Shown here: in pieces, positions 58,766 to 64,000 of the stretch | Numbering within the stretch: the first letter of the stretch is position 1 | Layout of the letters: each line of letters begins with the position of its first letter | Assembly (NCBI GenBank): GCA_030295235.1 | Contig: AP026131.1 | Location: 1,054,001 to 1,118,000 of the forward strand | Direction of reading: 5' to 3' | From: Fistulifera solaris | Lineage: Eukaryota | DNA: 64,000 bases | Position numbers and translations under genes: made by a program | The notes under the pieces: model-generated | The model's database searches: none | What the model was told of the DNA's origin: nothing | Seen by the model: only the letters and a program-made list of their open reading frames with translations

Positions 58766-59837
58766 ACTGCGTTGAACTATCAGTTTCGAATAACGAGAAG
58801 AGAAACTGAAGTTCGACGGTCCAAAAAGAGTTGCTATAGCGAATCCGCGCAGAAAGAATAGGAATGAGCCCCAATCTGAAATAACTGCGTCACAAAAGAG
58901 TAAAATATTTGTCAGAAAAACGACCGGCAAGAATTATCAGCCGTCCAAGCCACCCACTAGCAGGTTCTCTCACCGCATTCACGTCTTAGCAACGCCCGCA
59001 AGGTCTCAATATCTGTATGGCACGGATTTCTTTGATGCTGATGCGAATTTTGTTTTTTGTGAAAAAGATCGCGTCGTTGACGGCCGGGGACGATAAAACG
59101 CAAGAAAACAGAAAACACGTGTTAATGTCGCTACAGGACATGTTTGTCAAGTATGTATAGAGAGAGAACAGTACTGACAAGTCAGATCTTACACCTATGC
59201 CGTTTCTGTCCGCAGAAAAGCCGCTTTCTCCTTCAGTACTGATATGTTTTTCTTTGTGCGTTCAACGTTCACGGCTCAAGGTTCAAGCGTCAAGCGTTCA
59301 AGGTGCGCCTCTCTCTCTCTCTAGAGCTAGCTAGAGCACGCGAAGGTGAAAAAAGCTCCGAAGCCTCAACGGATCGATTACCGGTAAGTTGAGTACGTCT
59401 CGGGTTTACGAAGCCTATGTATTCAAATGTTTGATAAGAGCCGTTTCGATTTGTTTAGCCATAGTACGGTGCGCGATCGTAATTTACTTAAACCATTCGT
59501 ATCTATCTAACTTTTGCGATGTTTTTAATTGACTATAGCCTAGTATGTATATTGACGTCAAAACTACACATCACTATAGAGAATTCAAATGAATGTGTAG
59601 ACGGATTGCGGTTTTTTTAGTACTTCTCAGCGTAGATTGGATTTTTCTGGATCATGGCTGTCCGCGATGAAGGCGGGATTCCGAGAACGCCCAAACTCAA
59701 CGGCTCTTTTTGTAGCGATCGAGCGGTGGCGATGCGAGCAAAACGCCTCCTTCGCCATTTTTGAGTCTCATTATTCCGCAAGGAGAATCTTCAGCATTAA
59801 CGCACCAACTAAACACATCTCACCTTAATTTAACAAG

Positions 59838-60548
59838 ATGAAAGCTGCTATTCTCTCCTTCTTTGCCTTGGTTGCTGCTGCTTCGGCCAACGAGGCTCAG
59901 TTGATCGCTGATGCGATCAACCAAGATCGCGCGCTCCGAGGCAACCCCAACCCTCTCGACATGACACCGGAAGAACGGGACCGTGAAATGCAATTGATGT
60001 GCCGAGCTGTACGCAACTTCATTCCCCGAAACTGCGTCTGCACGGGTGATCTCTTGTCGCTTACGGCGGATTTCGTGTGCACCTCTCCCACCGAGGACTG
60101 CTTGCCGAACATCCCCATTGTCGGTACCGTTTGCTCGACCTCGCAGGTTACCGGTAACATCAAGCTCGCTCCTTTCGCTCTCTCGGCTACTGTCGCCATG
60201 AAGGGTTGCGCGACGGGCGTCAACTCCGACTCGCAGGGCGAGCTTGGCGATGTCTGCGCTTCCCTCACGGCCACTACCGGTATCAGCGGCGTGAGCATTG
60301 ACGCTTGCGAGCTCACCATCGGTGACCAGACGTGCGACACCTGCATTGCCTGCGAAACTCAAGGAGGAAGTAATGGATTCGGCTTCAACTGCGATTTCCT
60401 TGCCGCTGAGTTCTGTGTCCCCATCGGTCTTCCTTTCGTTGGACGAGGCCGCATGGCAGGAACCAGCATGAGGGAGTTCACTTCCACGCCAGTCTGGACG
60501 AATGTTGCCGAGGGTGCTGCCGTAGAATTGGCAACGACATCTGCATAA
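59838..60548 (+). CDS. Secreted cysteine-rich protein of unknown function
   Basis: Signal peptide MKAAILSFFALVAAASA, RALRG motif, 14 Cys, and strong C-ending codon bias. Confidence 0.8.
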   Translation: MKAAILSFFALVAAASANEAQLIADAINQDRALRGNPNPLDMTPEERDREMQLMCRAVRNFIPRNCVCTGDLLSLTADFVCTSPTEDCLPNIPIVGTVCSTSQVTGNIKLAPFALSATVAMKGCATGVNSDSQGELGDVCASLTATTGISGVSIDACELTIGDQTCDTCIACETQGGSNGFGFNCDFLAAEFCVPIGLPFVGRGRMAGTSMREFTSTPVWTNVAEGAAVELATTSA

Positions 60549-61009
60549 ACTCATTCTTGATGAAACAATGCGCTCTTTGTCAGTCCTAAAGTGAACATGT
60601 ATAGGTCAAACTGTAACCTTTCCCTTTCAAAATAAAGATTGTTACCGATAATTTCTTTCCTCAACTACAGTGAAAAGCATTAGCTTCTATTGTGAACTAT
60701 TGTTAGACTAATCGTTTTGGTTTTCTTTTGACCTAACTAGGACACAGCTTGTCGTAAATCCCGAGATCATCGTCGCGTTGTCCATGTGCTTCGTCGCCAT
60801 TTTTCTTGTACTTGCAACTTTCGTCCGAACCGTTGAACGCGCACTTTTCATTTTTCATCCGACGTCTGCTCTTCTGTCCGGTGCTTATTTTGCGAGCGCG
60901 CCAAAACGCGCTCCACGTAAAAATCTGCCGCCAAGAATGAAGAAAATTTTAACAACAAAATACAGTCGAAACTAACGATCAGTAATACTGCTAATATTAT
61001 TAATCGGCA

Positions 61010-62089
61010 ATGAACCATGCATTTTCAAATGATCTCGAAGCACTCGTGAGCGCACTGGGCCAAGGCGATTCTTCACCCCCAGAAGAAGAAGAGATCTTAC
61101 CGCCATTCAAGGATGTCTTGGCCTGCCAATTTTCATCGTGGTATCCAAACTACTGTTCCGCTCCAGGACGCCGCAATACAACAATACCCTCCATAATTTT
61201 AGATCTTCCTACCGATTTCATTGATTACTTACAAGCGGATGGAGTGCATCTTCCTCGGGGTGTCGAGGCAAGTTGTATCTATTCGACGCCGAAGCCCGAT
61301 AGTGATGAAGAGTCGTGGTCGTCGTCATCTTCTTCGACGGAACCAACCGCAATGTTCGACTTTCCAGAGCTCAACCGTCAAATTGAAGCAGCAATCCATC
61401 AACTGGGCGGTGCTGTTGTGCCGAAATTGAATTGGTCGTGTCCGAAAGATGCTGTCTGGATGAATGGAGGGACTCTGAAATGCGAAACCGTCGGCGATGT
61501 GTATCTATTGCTGAAATCCAGTGATTTTATCGCTTTTGATCTCCAACAAGCGACGACGGAAGTTGCAGATCCATTATCTTCTTCATCACCCGAGGTGAAA
61601 TATCAATTGGTATTGAGAAAGTGGAGTAATTTATATCCCAGTCAAGAATTTCGAGTATTTGTTCGTCAGCGACAAATTCGCGGCATCAGTCAACGACAGG
61701 CAACACAATATTATCCTCACGTATTGGAACGGGTGGATCATTATCAACGACTTATCGAGCAGTTTTGGGACGACCATAAAGAACGAGCACCGTGCGACGA
61801 TGTTGTGATGGATATCTACATCGACAAGAATGATCGTGTGTGGTTAATTGATTTCAATGTATGGGGGAGCCGCACCGATGCTTTATTGTTTTCTTGGTCC
61901 GAACTAATAGCCTTAGATGACATTGAAATGCGAGTTGTGGAAACAGAACGGCAAGTGAAAGCGGACCCGTTATCGAGTTATCGCGCTCCTATTGATGTAT
62001 TGCGCGTGGGTAGTGCGTTTGACGATTTCATGGGGCAGTGCCGTAAACCCAGTGAACTAGAGCAAGAACCAAATGATGAAATAATATAA
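61010..62089 (+). CDS. CDC123: Cell division cycle protein 123 (D123 family)
   Basis: CQFSSWY, PKLNWSCPKDAVWM, LLLKSSDFI, EFRVFV, ISQR, LIDFN and DALLFSW. Confidence 0.93.
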   Translation: MNHAFSNDLEALVSALGQGDSSPPEEEEILPPFKDVLACQFSSWYPNYCSAPGRRNTTIPSIILDLPTDFIDYLQADGVHLPRGVEASCIYSTPKPDSDEESWSSSSSSTEPTAMFDFPELNRQIEAAIHQLGGAVVPKLNWSCPKDAVWMNGGTLKCETVGDVYLLLKSSDFIAFDLQQATTEVADPLSSSSPEVKYQLVLRKWSNLYPSQEFRVFVRQRQIRGISQRQATQYYPHVLERVDHYQRLIEQFWDDHKERAPCDDVVMDIYIDKNDRVWLIDFNVWGSRTDALLFSWSELIALDDIEMRVVETERQVKADPLSSYRAPIDVLRVGSAFDDFMGQCRKPSELEQEPNDEII

Positions 62090-62133
62090 TAGTATTATAT
62101 GATCACAAAACTGATTAGCAACAGGAGAAGGAT

Positions 62134-63249
62134 CTACGCGACTTCCGAACGACCGGGTCGATCGATTTCAGCCTCGAAGAAGGAACTTCCCTCGAACGAC
62201 CTCGACGATGCTGCTTGCGCTTCCGGAGAAGGACGACTGATATTGTATAGCTTATGAAAGGCATCTTTCCCGGACATTTCAAGATTTGTTGTGATTCTCG
62301 TATCGTATACTTGCTGACGATCGCGTTGTAGAATATCACGAACGGCCTTGTCGCCGCCCAACCATTCACCACGAAGGTAGCCGGTCGCTTCGTCCAATTT
62401 CCCATCTTGCCGAGCTACTGGTTTCAGATTCTCGTCAAGACGGTACGCTAGTGGGACAGCACGGGGGAGGCATAGGTTGATGATGTCCTCTTTTCCAATA
62501 TCTTCTAACCGCATAATCAATGATCGCAGATTGTTTTCATGACCTACGATGAGTACTGTCTTTCCATCTCGTAAAGAAGGTGCAATCACTTCGTCCCAAT
62601 AGACACTGGATCGTTTCATTGTATCATGCAATGATTCCGATTCGGGAATGGAATTGAGCATCTGGTTATCAACAGGTTTGAGACATCCTGCAATTTTCTC
62701 GTCAGGCACACATATACATAGAATATAACTTACCTCTCGATACCGGGGATCTTTACCCGGATAATAAGGGTGATCTCGGGTCATCGGCGGCGGGGGCTCA
62801 TCGTACGATCGACGCCAGCGTTTGACTTGATCTACACCAAATTGACTGACGACTTCTTTCTTATTCTTTCCCACCAAATCACCGTACGAACGCTCATTTA
62901 AACGCCAGTGCTTGTATACGGGCAAATACTCTTGTCCCAATTCCATCAACGCCAGATTGGCGGTCCGAATCGTGCGGCGTAACAGAGACGTATGGACCTC
63001 GTCAAAACGAATACCGGCGTTGAACATCATTTGACCCGCCACACGAGCTTCCAAGACGCCATCGTCGGTGAGGGGAGTGTCCGTCCAGCCGATAAAACGA
63101 TTGTCACGATTCCAGGTCGACTGTCCGTGACGAAGAAAGCAGAGTTGATAGGGAGTGTCTTGATTGAGTGATGTAAAAGACGCTTTTTGCCCTCGTGCTA
63201 CCGGGGCCTGCGGAAGAGAGCCATGAAGCAACGTTCGTGCTGCTTTCAT
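62134..63249 (-). CDS. gpmA: 2,3-bisphosphoglycerate-dependent phosphoglycerate mutase, mitochondrial-type presequence
   Basis: LRHGQSTWN, FIGWTD, WRLNERSYG, RWRRSYD and ESL. In-frame intron 62662-62733. Confidence 0.95.
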   Translation of the reverse strand: MKAARTLLHGSLPQAPVARGQKASFTSLNQDTPYQLCFLRHGQSTWNRDNRFIGWTDTPLTDDGVLEARVAGQMMFNAGIRFDEVHTSLLRRTIRTANLALMELGQEYLPVYKHWRLNERSYGDLVGKNKKEVVSQFGVDQVKRWRRSYDEPPPPMTRDHPYYPGKDPRYREVSYILCICVPDEKIAGCLKPVDNQMLNSIPESESLHDTMKRSSVYWDEVIAPSLRDGKTVLIVGHENNLRSLIMRLEDIGKEDIINLCLPRAVPLAYRLDENLKPVARQDGKLDEATGYLRGEWLGGDKAVRDILQRDRQQVYDTRITTNLEMSGKDAFHKLYNISRPSPEAQAASSRSFEGSSFFEAEIDRPGRSEVA

Positions 63250-64000
63250 GGTGATTTAATGTCGGCTTTGTAGGAGCTTCAATTCAAATTATGCACGGAT
63301 CTTGTCAACAATGGAGTAATGAACTCGCTAGCCATCCGTATCCATCCGATCAAATGTCTCGGAGTGAGACAAAGAGTGGTTTCCTGCCGGAAACTTGACA
63401 CCCATTTACGTGGCACACTTGGGTGAAGAAGAGAAAGAGAACAAGTGGCGAAAAGCGGGAAAGCTTTCTCACAGTTGAACGGAAAAACTGGCCGAAAAAA
63501 GTACAGATTTATGTCGGTACGACAATCATTTTACTTGTTAGGACGTTTTGTAGTATCGAAGCGTGGCGAACATGGACCCAAGATCCAAGAACAACATCTG
63601 TCATCGGTGCTACGTCAGCAGTATTTGTTCTTTGGAGTATTATTTTTCGTGGTAGTCTCCAAAGTACTATATACCTGGTAGAGCAGGAGTCACGGTCACG
63701 CGTGTTTTTCGTGCTTCTGAGAAGAATGCCGGGACTGATCTTGGCTGAGTCGTCAACGCGTCGCATATTTTTTTACTCTCCTAATAAGAAATAAATAAAC
63801 TAAGGCAACGAAACAGGGTAACCTAGTTTAAGATCAACAATACGATCAAACCGATTCAAAGCGAGGTTTTAAAGCTGACCTTCAATGAATCTTATAGACG
63901 GTCTTAAATGAATGAGGGCCGATGTCTAATTAGGTAATGAACTTCATAGGTAATGAGTATCACTTTTATTAGTTAATCGTCAATTACATCTAAAATTGCA

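Noticed and set aside
59820..60554. 244 aa antisense ORF opposite the secreted Cys-rich gene
   Set aside because: It mirrors the sense gene almost exactly and is explained by codon bias; it has no motifs.
11463..63249. Operon-like or metabolic gene cluster
   Set aside because: Neighbouring genes have unrelated functions and mixed orientation, and eda and dPGM are 36 kb apart.

Overview
Gene-dense eukaryotic nuclear DNA, most consistent with a pennate diatom. This is an inference from the short 60-110 bp GT-AG introns, bipartite signal peptides ending in 'A-F', a mitochondrial-type KDPG aldolase and HA-repeat proteins. About 30 protein-coding genes are recognisable: XMAP215/TOG (3' part), GSK3, RPA49-like, a four-repeat Myb, RPT6, a divergent Rab, an OSCA/TMEM63 channel, an FAD monooxygenase, EDA, an S28 peptidase, sphingosine kinase, two tandem GT92-like genes, a mitochondrial carrier, two paralogous small ORFs, an EF-hand 5'-nucleotidase, an ankyrin protein, TatB-like, fibrillin, a dehydrogenase-cupin fusion, GGT, an HA-domain protein, a kinase, HINT, a secreted Cys-rich protein, CDC123 and dPGM. 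Many genes carry single-base frameshifts in homopolymer runs, most likely assembly errors. Non-coding and mobile highlights: (1) a 2.03 kb TA-flanked DD39D mariner-type element with 30 bp TIRs and an atypical transposase; (2) a 174 bp perfect foldback made of four alternating 19 bp motifs; (3) a ~1.45 kb tandem array organised as ~51 bp monomers in ~206 bp higher-order units; (4) dense clusters of Myb/MSA (AACGG) sites upstream of the Myb and Rab genes; (5) many 7-bp tandem duplications in long intergenic regions. No tRNA, rRNA or CRISPR was detected by eye. All family calls are from motif recognition; no database search was run.
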